From Eledone cirrhosa (lineage: Eukaryota): a stretch of 64,000 nt of DNA. The position numbers were made by a program, and so were the translations under genes. Below are positions 33,101-45,100 of this stretch, piece by piece. The DNA is taken from contig OZ024740.1 of assembly GCA_964016885.1 (NCBI GenBank), positions 403,434,001-403,498,000 of the forward strand, read 5' to 3'. Numbering within the stretch: position 1 is the stretch's first letter; each line of letters begins with the position of its first letter. The notes below the pieces were generated by a model. The model was not told the origin of the DNA. It saw only the letters and a list, made by a program, of their open reading frames with translations, and ran no database searches.

Positions 33101-36100
33101 TAGACAGGTGGCTAGAGATGTAGGTATGTAGGTAGGCAGGTAGATTAGTAGGCAGGTGGCTAGATATGTAGGTATGTAGGTAGGCAGGTAGATTAGTAGG
33201 CAGGTGGCTAGAGATGTAGGTATGTAGGTAGGAAGGTAGAATAGTAAGCAGGTGGCTAGAGATGTAGGTAGGCAGGTAGATTAGTAGGCAGGTGGCTAAA
33301 GATGTAGGTAGGCAGGTAGATTAGTAGACAGGTGTCTAGAGATGTAGGTATGTAGGTAGGTAGAATAGTAGGCAGGTGGGAAGAGATGTAGAAAGGCAGG
33401 TAAATTAGTAGGCAGGTGGCTAGAGATGTAGGTAGGCAGGTAGATTAGTAGACAAGTGGCTAGAGATGTAGGTATGTAGGTAGGCAGGTAGATTAGTAGG
33501 CAGGTGGCTAGAGATGTAGGTATGTAGGTAGGCAGGTAGATTAGTAGGCAGGTGGCTAGAGATGTAGGTATGTAGGTAGGCAGGTAGATTAGTAGGCAGG
33601 TGGCTAGAGATGTAGGTATGTAGGTAGGCACGTAGATTAGTAGGCAGGTGGCTAGAGATGTAGGTAGGCAGGTAGATTAGTAGACAGGTGGCAAGAGATG
33701 TAGGTATCTAGGTAGGCAGGTATGTTAGTAGGCAGGTGGCTAGAGATGTTGGTATGAAGTTAGGCAGGTAGATTAGTAGGCAGGTGGCTAGAGATGTACG
33801 TATGTATGTAGGCAGGTAGATTAGTAGGCAGGTAGCTAGAGATGTAGGTATGTAGGTAGGCAGGTAGATTAGTAGGCAGGTGGCAAGAGATGTAGGTATG
33901 TAGGTAGGCAGGTAGATTAGTAGGCACGTGGCAAGAGGTGTAGGTAGGCAGGCAGGTATGTTAGTAGACAGGTAGTTAGAGATGTAGATAGGCAGGTAGA
34001 TTAGTAGACAGGTGGCTAGAGATGTAGGTATGTAGGTAAGCAGGTAAATTAGTAGGCAGGTGGCTAAAAATGTGTAGGTAGGCAGGTAGATTAGTAGGCA
34101 GGTGGCTAGAGATGTAGGTGGGCAGGTAGATTAGTAGGCAGGTGGCTAAAGATGTAGGTATATAGGTAGATTAGTAGACAGGTGGCTAGAGATGTAGGTA
34201 GGCAGGTATGTTAGTAGGCAGGTGGCTAGAGATGTAGGTATGTAGGTAGGCAGGTAGATTAGTAGACAGGTGGCTAGAGATGTAGGTAGGCAGGTATGTT
34301 AGTAGGCAGGTGGATAGAGATGTAGGTAGGCAGGTATGTTAGTGGGCAGGTGGCTAGGTAGGCAGGTAGATTAGTAGACAGGTGACTAGAGATGTAGGTA
34401 GGCAAATAGAATAGTAGGCAGGTGGCTAGAGATGTAGGTATGTAGGTAGGCAGGTATGTTAGTAGGCAGGTGGCTAGAGATGTAGGTAAGTAGGTAGGCA
34501 GGTAGAATAGTAGGCAGGTGGCTATAGATGTAGGTATATAGGTAGGCAGGTAGAATAGTAGGCAGGAGGCTAGAGATGTAGGTATGTAGGTAGGAAGGTA
34601 GAATAGTAGGCAGGTGGCTAGAGATGTAGGTAGGCAGGTAGATTAGAAGGCAGGTGGCTAGAGATGTAGGTAGGCAGGTAGATTAGTAGACAGGTGTCTA
34701 GAGATGTAGGTATGTAGGTAGGTAGAATAGTAGGCAGGTGGGAAGAGATGTAGAAAGGCAGGTAAATTGGTAGGCAGATGGCTAGAGATGTAGGTAGGCA
34801 GGTAGATTAGTAGGCAGGTGGCTAGAGATGTAGGTATGAAGGTAGGCAGGTATGTTAGTAGGCAGGTGGCTAGAGATGTAGATAGGCAGGTAGATTAGTA
34901 GACAAGTGGCTAGAGATGTAGGTATGTAGGTAGGCAGGTAGATTAGTAGGCAGGTGGCTAGAGATGTAGGTATGTAGGTAGGCAGGTAGATTAGTAGGCA
35001 TGTGGCTAGAGATCTAGGTATGTAGGTAGGCAGGTAGATTAGTAGGCAAGTGGCTAGAGATGTAGGTATAGGTAGATTAGTAGGCAGGTGGCTAGAGATG
35101 TAGGTATGTAGGTAGGCAGGTAGATTAGTAGAAAGGTGGCTAGAGATGTAGGTATGTAGGTAGGCAGGTAGATTAGTAGGCAGGTGGCTAGAGATTTAGG
35201 TATGTAGGTAGGCAGGTAGATTAGTAGGCAGGTGGCTACAGATGTAGGTATGTAGGTAGGCAGGTAGATTAGTAGACAGGTGGCAAGAGATGTAGGTATC
35301 TAGGTAGGCAGGTATGTTAGTAGGCAGGTGGCTAGAGATGTAGGTATGAAGTTAGGCAGGTAGATTAGTAGACAGGTGGCTAGAGATGTAGGTATGTAGG
35401 TAGGCAGGTAGAATAGTAGGCAGGTGGCTAGAGATGTAGGTATGTAGGTAGGCAGGTAGATTAGTAGGCGGGTGGCTAGAGATGTAGGTAGGCAGGTATG
35501 TTAGTAGGCAGGTGGCTAGAGATGTAGGTATGTAGTTAGGCAGGTAGATTAGTAGGCAGGTGGCAAGAGATGTAGGTATGTAGGTAGGCAGGTAGATTAG
35601 TAGGCACGTGGCAAGAGGTGTAGGAAGGCAGGCAGGTATGTTAGTAGGCAGGTAGCTAGAGATGTAGGTAGGCAGGTGGTTAGAGATGTAGATAGGCAGG
35701 TAGATTAGTAGACAGGTGGCTAGAGATGTAGGTATGTAGGTAAGCAGGTAAATTAGTAGGCAGGTGGCTAAAAATGTGTAGGTAGGCAGGTAGATATGTA
35801 GGCAGGTGGCTAGAGATGTAGGTGGGCAGGTAGATTAGTAGGCAAGATGTAGGTATGTAGGTAGGCAGGTAGATTAGTAGGCAGGTGGCTAGAGATGTAG
35901 GTAGGCAGGTATGTTAGTAGACAGGTGGCTAGAGATGTAGGTATGTAGGTAGGTAGATTAGTAGACAGGTGGCTAGAGATATAGGTAGGCAGGTATGTTA
36001 GTAGGCAGGTGGATAGAGATGTAGGTATGTAGGTAGGCAGGTATGTTAGTGGGCAGGTGGCTAGGTAGGCAGGTAGATTAGTAGACAGGTGGCTAGAGAT

Positions 36101-39100
36101 GTAGGTAGCCAAATAGAATAGTAGGCAGGTGGCTAGAGATGTAGGTATGTAGGTAGGCAGGTATGTTAGTAGGCAGGTGGCTAGAGATGTAGGTATGTAG
36201 GTAGGCAGGTAGAATAGTAGGCAGGTGGCTAGAGATGTAGGTATGTAGGCAGGTAGATTAGTAGGCAGGTGGCTAGAGATGTAGGTATGTAGGTAGGAAG
36301 GTAGAATAGTAGGCAGGTGGCTAGAGATGTAGGTAGGCAGGTAGATTAGTAGACAGGTGGCTAGAGATGTAGGTATGTAGGTAGGCAGGTAGATTAGTAG
36401 GCAGGTGGCTAGATATGTAGGTATGTAGGTAGGCAGGTAGATTAGTAGGCAGGTGGCTAGAGATGTAGGTATGTAGGTAGGAAGGTAGAATAGTAAGCAG
36501 GTGGCTAGAGATGTAGGTAGGCAGGTAGATTAGTAGGCAGGTGGCTAAAGATGTAGGTAGGCAGGTAGATTAGTAGACAGGTGTCTAGAGATGTAGGTAT
36601 GTAGGTAGGTAGAATAGTAGGCAGGTGGGAAGAGATGTAGAAAGGCAGGTAAATTAGTAGGCAGGTGGCTAGAGATGTAGGTAGGCAGGTAGATTAGTAG
36701 ACAAGTGGCTAGAGATGTAGGTATGTAGGTAGGCAGGTAGATTAGTAGGCAGGTGGCTAGAGATGTAGGTATGTAGGTAGGCAGGTAGATTAGTAGGCAG
36801 GTGGCTAGAGATGTAGGTATGTAGGTAGGCAGGTAGATTAGTAGGCAGGTGGCTAGAGATGTAGGTATGTAGGTAGGCACGTAGATTAGTAGGCAGGTGG
36901 CTAGAGATGTAGGTAGGCAGGTAGATTAGTAGACAGGTGGCAAGAGATGTAGGTATCTAGGTAGGCAGGTATGTTAGTAGGCAGGTGGCTAGAGATGTTG
37001 GTATGAAGTTAGGCAGGTAGATTAGTAGGCAGGTGGCTAGAGATGTACGTATGTATGTAGGCAGGTAGATTAGTAGGCAGGTAGCTAGAGATGTAGATAG
37101 GCAGGTAGATTAGTAGACAGGTGGCTAGAGATGTAGGTATGTAGGTAGGCAGATAGAATAGTAGGCAGGTGGCTAGAGATGTAGGTATGTAGGTAGGCAG
37201 GTATGTTAGTAGGCAGGTGGCAAGAGATGTAGGTAGGCAGGTAGGCAGGTAGATTAGTAGACAGGTGGCTAGAGATGTAGGTATGTAGGTAGGCAGGTGG
37301 ATTAGTAGGCAGGTGGCTAGAGATGTACGTATATATGTAGGCAGGTAGATTAGTAGGCAGGTAGCTAGAGATGTAGATAGGCAGGTAGATTAGTAGACAG
37401 GTGGTTAGAGATGTAGGTATGTAGGTAGGCAGGTAGAATAGTAGGCAGGTGGCTAGAGATGTAGGAAGGCAGGTAAATTAGTAGGCAGGTGGCTAGAGAT
37501 GTAGGTAGGCAGGTAGATTAGTAGGCAGGTGGCTAGAGATGTAGGTATGTAGGTAGGCAGGTATGTTAGTAGGCAGGTGGCTAGACATGTAGGTAGGCAG
37601 GTATGTTAGTAGGCAGGTGGCTAGAGATGTAGGTATGTAGGTAGGCAGGTAGATTAGTAGGCAGGTGGCTAGAGGTGTAGGGATGTAGGTAGGTAGGTAG
37701 ATTAGTAGGCAGGTGGCTAGAGATTTAGGGATGTAGGTAGGTAGGTAGATTAGTAGGCAGGTGGCTAGAGATGTAGGTATGTAGCTAGATTAGTAGGCAG
37801 GTGGCTAGAGATGTAGGTAGGCAGGTATGTTAGTAGGCAGGTGGCTAGAGATGTAGGTATGTAGGTAGGCAGGTAGATTAGTAAGCAGGTGGCTAGAGAT
37901 ATTGGTATGTAGGTAGGCAGGTACATTAGTAGTCAGGTGGCTAGAGATGTAGGTATAGGTAGATTAGTAGGCAGGTGGCTAGAGATGTAGGTATGTAGGT
38001 AGGCAGGTAGATTAGTAGACAGGTTGCTAGAGATGTAGGTATGTAGGTAGGCAGGTGGCTAGGGATGTAGGTTGGCATGTATATTAGTAGGCAGGTGGCT
38101 AGAGATGTAGGTATGTAGGTCGGCAGGTAGATTAGTAGGCAGGTGGCTAGAGGTGTAGGTATGTAGGTAGGCAGGTATGTTAGTAGGCAGGTGGCTAGAG
38201 ATGTAGGTATGTAGGTAGGCAGGTAGATTAGTAGGCAGGTGGCTAGAGATGTAGGTATGTAGGTAGGCAGGTATGTTAGTAGACAGGCGGCTAGAGATGT
38301 AGGTATGTAGGTAGGCAGGTAGATTAGTAGGCAGGTGGCTAGAGATATAGGAAGGCAGGTAAATTAGTAGGCAGGTGGCTCGAGATGTAGGTATGTAGGT
38401 AGGCAGGTAGATTAGTAGGCAGGTGGCTAGAGATGTAGGTATGTAGGTAGGCAGGTATGTTAGTAGACAGGTGGCCAGAGATGTAGGTAGGCAGGTCGAT
38501 TAGTAGGCAGGTGGCTAGAGATGTAGGTATAGGTAGATTAGTAGGCAGGTGGCTAGAGATGTAGGTATGTAGGTAGGCAGGTAGATTAGTAGAAAGGTGG
38601 CTAGAGATGTAGGTATGTAGGTAGGCAGGTAGATTAGTAGGCAGGTGGCTAGAGATGTAGGTATGTAGGTAGGCAGGTAGATTAGTAGGCAGGTGGCTAC
38701 AGATGTAGGTATGTAGGTAGGCAGGTAGATTAGTAGACAGGTGGCAAGAGATGTAGGTATCTAGGTAGGCAGGTATGTTAGTAGGCAGGTGGCTAGAGAT
38801 GTAGGTATGAAGTTAGGCAGGTAGATTAGTAGACAGGTGGCTAGAGATGTAGGTATGTAGGTAGGCAGGTAGAATAGTAGGCAGGTGGCTAGAGATGTAG
38901 GTATGTAGGTAGGCAGGTAGATTAGTAGGCGGGTGGCTAGAGATGTAGGTAGGCAGGTATGTTAGTAGGCAGGTGGCTAGAGATGTAGGTATGTAGGTAG
39001 GCAGGTAGATTAGTAGGCAGGTGGCAAGAGATGTAGGTATGTAGGTAGGCAGGTAGATTAGTAGGCACGTGGCAAGAGGTGTAGGAAGGCAGGCAGGTAT

Positions 39101-42100
39101 GTTAGTAGGCAGGTAGCTAGAGATGTAGGTAGGCAGGTGGTTAGAGATGTAGATAGGCAGGTAGATTAGTAGACAGGTGGCTAGAGATGTAGGTATGTAG
39201 GTAAGCAGGTAAATTAGTAGGCAGGTGGCTAAAAATGTGTAGGTAGGCAGGTAGATATGTAGGCAGGTGGCTAGAGATGTAGGTGGGCAGGTAGATTAGT
39301 AGGCAAGATGTAGGTATGTAGGTAGGCAGGTAGATTAGTTGGCAGGTGTCTAGAGATGTAGGTAGGCAGGTATGTTAGTAGACAGGTGGCTAGAGATGTA
39401 GGTATGTAGGTAGGTAGATTAGTAGACAGGTGGCTAGAGATATAGGTAGGCAGGTACGTTAGTAGGCAGGTGGATAGAGATGTAGGTATGTAGGTAGGCA
39501 GGTATGTTAGTGGGCAGGTGGCTAGGTAGGCAGGTAGATTAGTAGACAGGTGGCTAGAGATGTAGGTAGCCAAATAGAATAGTAGGCAGGTGGCTAGAGA
39601 TAATGGTATGTAGGTAGGCAGGTAGAATAGTAGGCAGGTGGCTAGAGATGTAGGTATGTAGGCAGGTAGATTAGTAGGCAGGTGGCTAGAGATGTAGGTA
39701 TGTAGGTAGGAAGGTAGAATAGTAGGCAGGTGGCTAGAGATGTAGGTAGGCAGGTAGATTAGTAGACAGGTGGCTAGAGATGTAGGTATGTAGGTAGGCA
39801 GGTAGATTAGTAGGCAGGTGGCTAGATATGTAGGTATGTAGGTAGGCAGGTAGATTAGTAGGCAGGTGGCTAGAGGTGTAGGTATGTAGGTAGGCAGGTA
39901 TGTTAGTAGGCAGGTGGCTAGAGATGTAGGTATGTAGGTAGGCAGGTAGATTAGTAGGCAGGTGGCTAGAGATGTAGGTATGTAGGTAGGCAGGTATGTT
40001 AGTAGACAGGCGGCTAGAGATGTAGGTATGTAGGTAGGCAGGTAGATTAGTAGGCAGGTGGCTAGAGATATAGGAAGGCAGGTAAATTAGTAGGCAGGTG
40101 GCTCGAGATGTAGGTATGTAGGTAGGCAGGTAGATTAGTAGGCAGGTGGCTAGAGATGTAGGTATGTAGGTAGGCAGGTATGTTAGTAGACAGGTGGCCA
40201 GAGATGTAGGTAGGCAGGTCGATTAGTAGGCAGTTGGCTAGAGATGTAGGTATAGGTAGATTAGTAGGCAGGTGGCTAGAGATGTAGGTATGTAGGTAGG
40301 CAGGTAGATTAGTAGAAAGGTGGCTAGAGATGTAGGTATGTAGGTAGGCAGGTAGATTAGTAGGCAGGTGGCTAGAGATGTAGGTATGTAGGTAGGCAGG
40401 TAGATTAGTAGGCAGGTGGCTACAGATGTAGGTATGTAGGTAGGCAGGTAGATTAGTAGACAGGTGGCAAGAGATGTAGGTATCTAGGTAGGCAGGTATG
40501 TTAGTAGGCAGGTGGCTAGAGATGTAGGTATGAAGTTAGGCAGGTAGATTAGTAGACAGGTGGCTAGAGATGTAGGTATGTAGGTAGGCAGGTAGAATAG
40601 TAGGCAGGTGGCTAGAGATGTAGGTATGTAGGTAGGCAGGTAGATTAGTAGGCGGGTGGCTAGAGATGTAGGTAGGCAGGTATGTTAGTAGGCAGGTGGC
40701 TAGAGATGTAGGTATGTAGGTAGGCAGGTAGATTAGTAGGCAGGTGGCAAGAGATGTAGGTATGTAGGTAGGCAGGTAGATTAGTAGGCACGTGGCAAGA
40801 GGTGTAGGAAGGCAGGCAGGTATGTTAGTAGGCAGGTAGCTAGAGATGTAGGTAGGCAGGTGGTTAGAGATGTAGATAGGCAGGTAGATTAGTAGACAGG
40901 TGGCTAGAGATGTAGGTATGTAGGTAAGCAGGTAAATTAGTAGGCAGGTGGCTAAAAATGTGTAGGTAGGCAGGTAGATATGTAGGCAGGTGGCTAGAGA
41001 TGTAGGTGGGCAGGTAGATTAGTAGGCAAGATGTAGGTATGTAGGTAGGCAGGTAGATTAGTTGGCAGGTGTCTAGAGATGTAGGTAGGCAGGTATGTTA
41101 GTAGACAGGTGGCTAGAGATGTAGGTATGTAGGTAGGTAGATTAGTAGACAGGTGGCTAGAGATATAGGTAGGCAGGTACGTTAGTAGGCAGGTGGATAG
41201 AGATGTAGGTATGTAGGTAGGCAGGTATGTTAGTGGGCAGGTGGCTAGGTAGGCAGGTAGATTAGTAGACAGGTGGCTAGAGATGTAGGTAGCCAAATAG
41301 AATAGTAGGCAGGTGGCTAGAGATAATGGTATGTAGGTAGGCAGGTAGAATAGTAGGCAGGTGGCTAGAGATGTAGGTATGTAGGCAGGTAGATTAGTAG
41401 GCAGGTGGCTAGAGATGTAGGTATGTAGGTAGGAAGGTAGAATAGTAGGCAGGTGGCTAAAGATGTAGGTAGGCAGGTAGATTAGTAGAGAGGTGTCTAG
41501 AGATGTAGGTATGTAGGTAGGTAGAATAGTAGGCAGGTGGGAAGAGATGTAGAAAGGCAGGTAAATTAGTAGGCAGGTGGCTAGAGATGTAGGTAGGCAG
41601 GTAGATTAGTAGACAAGTGGCTAGAGATGTAGGTATGTAGGTAGGCAGGTAGATTAGTAGGCAGGTGGCTAGAGATGTAGGTATGTATGTAGGCAGGTAG
41701 ATTAGTAGGCAGGTGGCTCGAGATGTAGGTATGTAGGTAGGCAGGTAGATTAGTAGGCAGGTGGCTAGAGATGTAGGTATGTAGGTAGGCACGTAGATTA
41801 GTAGGCAGGTGGCTAGAGATGTAGGTAGGCAGGTAGATTAGTAGACAGGTGGCAAGAGATGTAGGTATCTAGGTAGGCAGGTATGTTAGTAGGCAGGTGG
41901 CTAGAGATGTTGGTATGAAGTTAGGCAGGTAGATTAGTAGACAGGTGGCTAGAGATGTAGGTATGTAGGTAGGCAGATAGAATAGTAGGCAGGTGGCTAG
42001 AGATGTAGGTATGTAGGTAGGCAGGTATGTTAGTAGGCAGGTGGCTAGAGATGTAGGTAGGCAGGTAGGCAGGTAGATTAGTAGACAGGTGGCTAGAGAT

Positions 42101-45100
42101 GTAGGTATGTAGGTAGGCAGGTGGATTAGTAGGCAGGTGGCTAGAGATGTAGGTATGTAGGTAGGCAGTTAGATTAGTAGGCAGGTGGCTAGAGATGTAC
42201 GTATGTATGTAGGCAGGTAGATTAGTAGGCAGGTAGCTAGAGATGTAGATAGGCAGGTAGATTAGTAGACAGGTGGTTAGAGATGTAGGTATGTAGGTAG
42301 GCAGGTAGAATAGTAGGCAGGTGGCTAGAGATGTAGGAAGGCAGGTAAATTAGTAGGCAGGTGGCTAGAGATGTGGGTAGGCAGGTAGATTAGTAGGCAG
42401 GTGGCTAGAGATGTAGGTATGTAGGTAGGCAGGTATGTTAGTAGGCAGGTGGCTAGAGATGTAGATAGGCAGGTAGATTAGTAGGCAGGTGGCTAGAGAT
42501 GTAGGTAGGCAGGTAGATTAGTAGGCAGGTGGCTAGAGATGTAGGTATGAAGGTAGGCAGGTATGTTAGTAGGCAGGTGGCTAGAGATGTAGGTAGGCAG
42601 GTAGATTAGTAGGCAGGTGGCTAGAGATGTAGGTATGTAGGTAGGCAGGTATGTTAGTAGGCAGGTGGCTAGAGATGTAGATAGGCAGGTAGATTAGTAG
42701 ACAGGTGGCTAGAGATGTAGGTATGTAGGTAGGCAAGTAGATTAGTAGTCAGGTGGCTAGAGATGTAGGTATAGGTAGATTAGTAGGCAGGTGGCTAGAG
42801 ATGTAGGTATGTAGGTAGGCAGGTAGATTAGTAGACAGGTGGCTAGAGATGTAGGTATGTAGGTAGGCAGGTGGCTAGGGATGTAGGTTGGCAGGTATAT
42901 TAGTAGGCAGGTGGCTAGAGATGTAGGTGTGTAGGTAGGCAGGTAGATTAGTAGGCAGGTGGCTAGAGATGTAGGTATGTAGGTAGGCAGGTAGATTAGT
43001 AGGCAGGTGGCTCGAGATGTAGGTATGTAGGTTGGCAGGTAGATTAGTAGGCAGGTGACTAGAGATGTAGGTATGTAGGTAGGCAGGTAGATTAGTAGGC
43101 AGGTGGCTAGAGATGTAGGTATGCAGGTAGATTAGTAGGCAGGTGGCTAGAGATGTAGGTAGGCAGGTAGATTAGTAGGCAGGTGGCTAGAGATGTAGGA
43201 AGGCAGGTAAATTAGTAGGCAGGTGGCTCGAGATGTAGGTATGTAGGTTGGCAGGTAGATTAGTAGGCAGGTGACTAGAGATGTAGGTATGTAGGTAGGC
43301 AGGTAGATTAGTAGGCAGGTGGCTAGAGATGTAGGTAGGCAGGTAGATTAGTAGACAGGTGGCTAGAGATGTAGGTATGTAGGTAGGCAGGTGGCTAGAG
43401 ATGTAGGTATGTTTGTAGGCAGGTAGATTAGTAGGCAGGTGGCTAGAGATGTAGGTATGTAGGTAGGCAGGCATGTTAGTAGGCAGGTGGCCAGAGATGT
43501 TGGTACGTAGGTACGCAGGTAGATTAGTAGGCAGGTGGCTAGAGATGTAGGTAGGCAGGTAGATTAGTAGACAGGTGGCTAGAGATGTAGGTATCTAGGT
43601 AGGCAGGTATGTTAGTAGGCAGGTGGCCAGAGATGTAGGTAGGCAGGTAGATTAGTAGGCAGGTGGCTAGGTATGTAGGTAGCAGGTATGTTAGTAGGCA
43701 GGTGGCTAGAGATGTAGGTATGTAGGTACGCAGGTAGATTAGTAGGCAGGTGGCTAGAGATGTAGGTAGGCAGGTAGATTAGTAGACAGGCGGCTAGAGA
43801 TGTAGGTATGTAGGTAGGCAGTTATATTAGTAGGCAGGTGGCTAGAGATGTACATATATAGGTAGGCAGGTATGTTAGTAGGCAGGTGGCTAGAGATGTA
43901 GGTAGGCAGGTAGATTAGTAGGCAGGTGGCTAGGGATGTAGGTTGGCAGGTATATTAGTAGGCAGGTGGCTAGAGATGTAGGAAGGCAGGTAAATTAGTA
44001 GGCAGGTGGCTAGTGATGTAGGTATGTAGGTAGGCAGGTAGATTAGTAGGCAGGTGGCTAGAGATGTAGGTATGTAGGTAGATTAGTAGACAGGTGGCTA
44101 AAGATGTAGGTATGTAGGTTGGCAGGTAGATTAGTAGGCAGGTGGCTAGAGATGTAGGTATGTAGGTAGGTAGGTAGATTAGTAGGCAGGTGGCTAGAGA
44201 TGTAGGAAGGCAGGTAAATTAGTAGGCAGGTGGCTAGAGATGTAGGAAGGCAGGTAAATTAGTAGGCAGGTGGCTAGAGATGTAGGTATGTAGGTAGTCA
44301 GGTAGATTAGTAGGCAGGTGGCTAGAGATGTAGGTATGTAGGTAGGCAGCTAGATTAGTAGGCAGGTGGCTAGAGATGTAGGTATGTAGATAGGCAGGTA
44401 GATTAGTAGGCAGGTGGCTAGAGATGTAGGTATGTATGTAGTCAGGTAGATTAGTAGGCAGGTGGCTAGTGATGTAGGTATGTAGGTAGGCAGGTATGTT
44501 AGTAGACAGGTGGCTAGAGATGTAGGTATGTAGATAGGCAGGTAGATTAGTAGGCAGGTGGCTAGAGATGTAGGTATGTAGGTAGGCAGTTGGCTAGAGA
44601 TGTAGGTATAGGTAGATTAGTAGGCAGGTGCCTAGAGATGTAGGTATTTAGGTAGGCAGGTAGATTAGTAGTCAGGTGGCTAGAGATGTAGGTATAGGTA
44701 GATTAGTAGGCAGGTGGCTCGAGATGTAGGAAGGCAGGTAGAATATTAGGCAGGTGGCTAGAGATGTAGGTATGTAGGTAGATTAGTAGACAGGTGGCTC
44801 TAGATGTAGGTAGGCAGGTAGATTAGTAGGCAGGTGGCTCGAGATGTAGGAAGGCAGGTAGAATAGTAGGCAGGTGGCTAGAGATGTAGGTATAGGTAGA
44901 TTAGTAGGCAGGTGGCTCGAGATGTAGGTAGGCAGGTAGATTAGTAGGCAGGTGGCTAGAGATGTAGGTATGTAGGTAGGCACGTATGTTAGTAGGCAGG
45001 TGGCTAGTGATGTAGGTAGGCAAGTAGATTAGTAGGCAGGTGGCTAGAGATGTATGTAGATTAGTAGACAGTTGGCTAGAGATGTAGGTATGTAGGTAGG

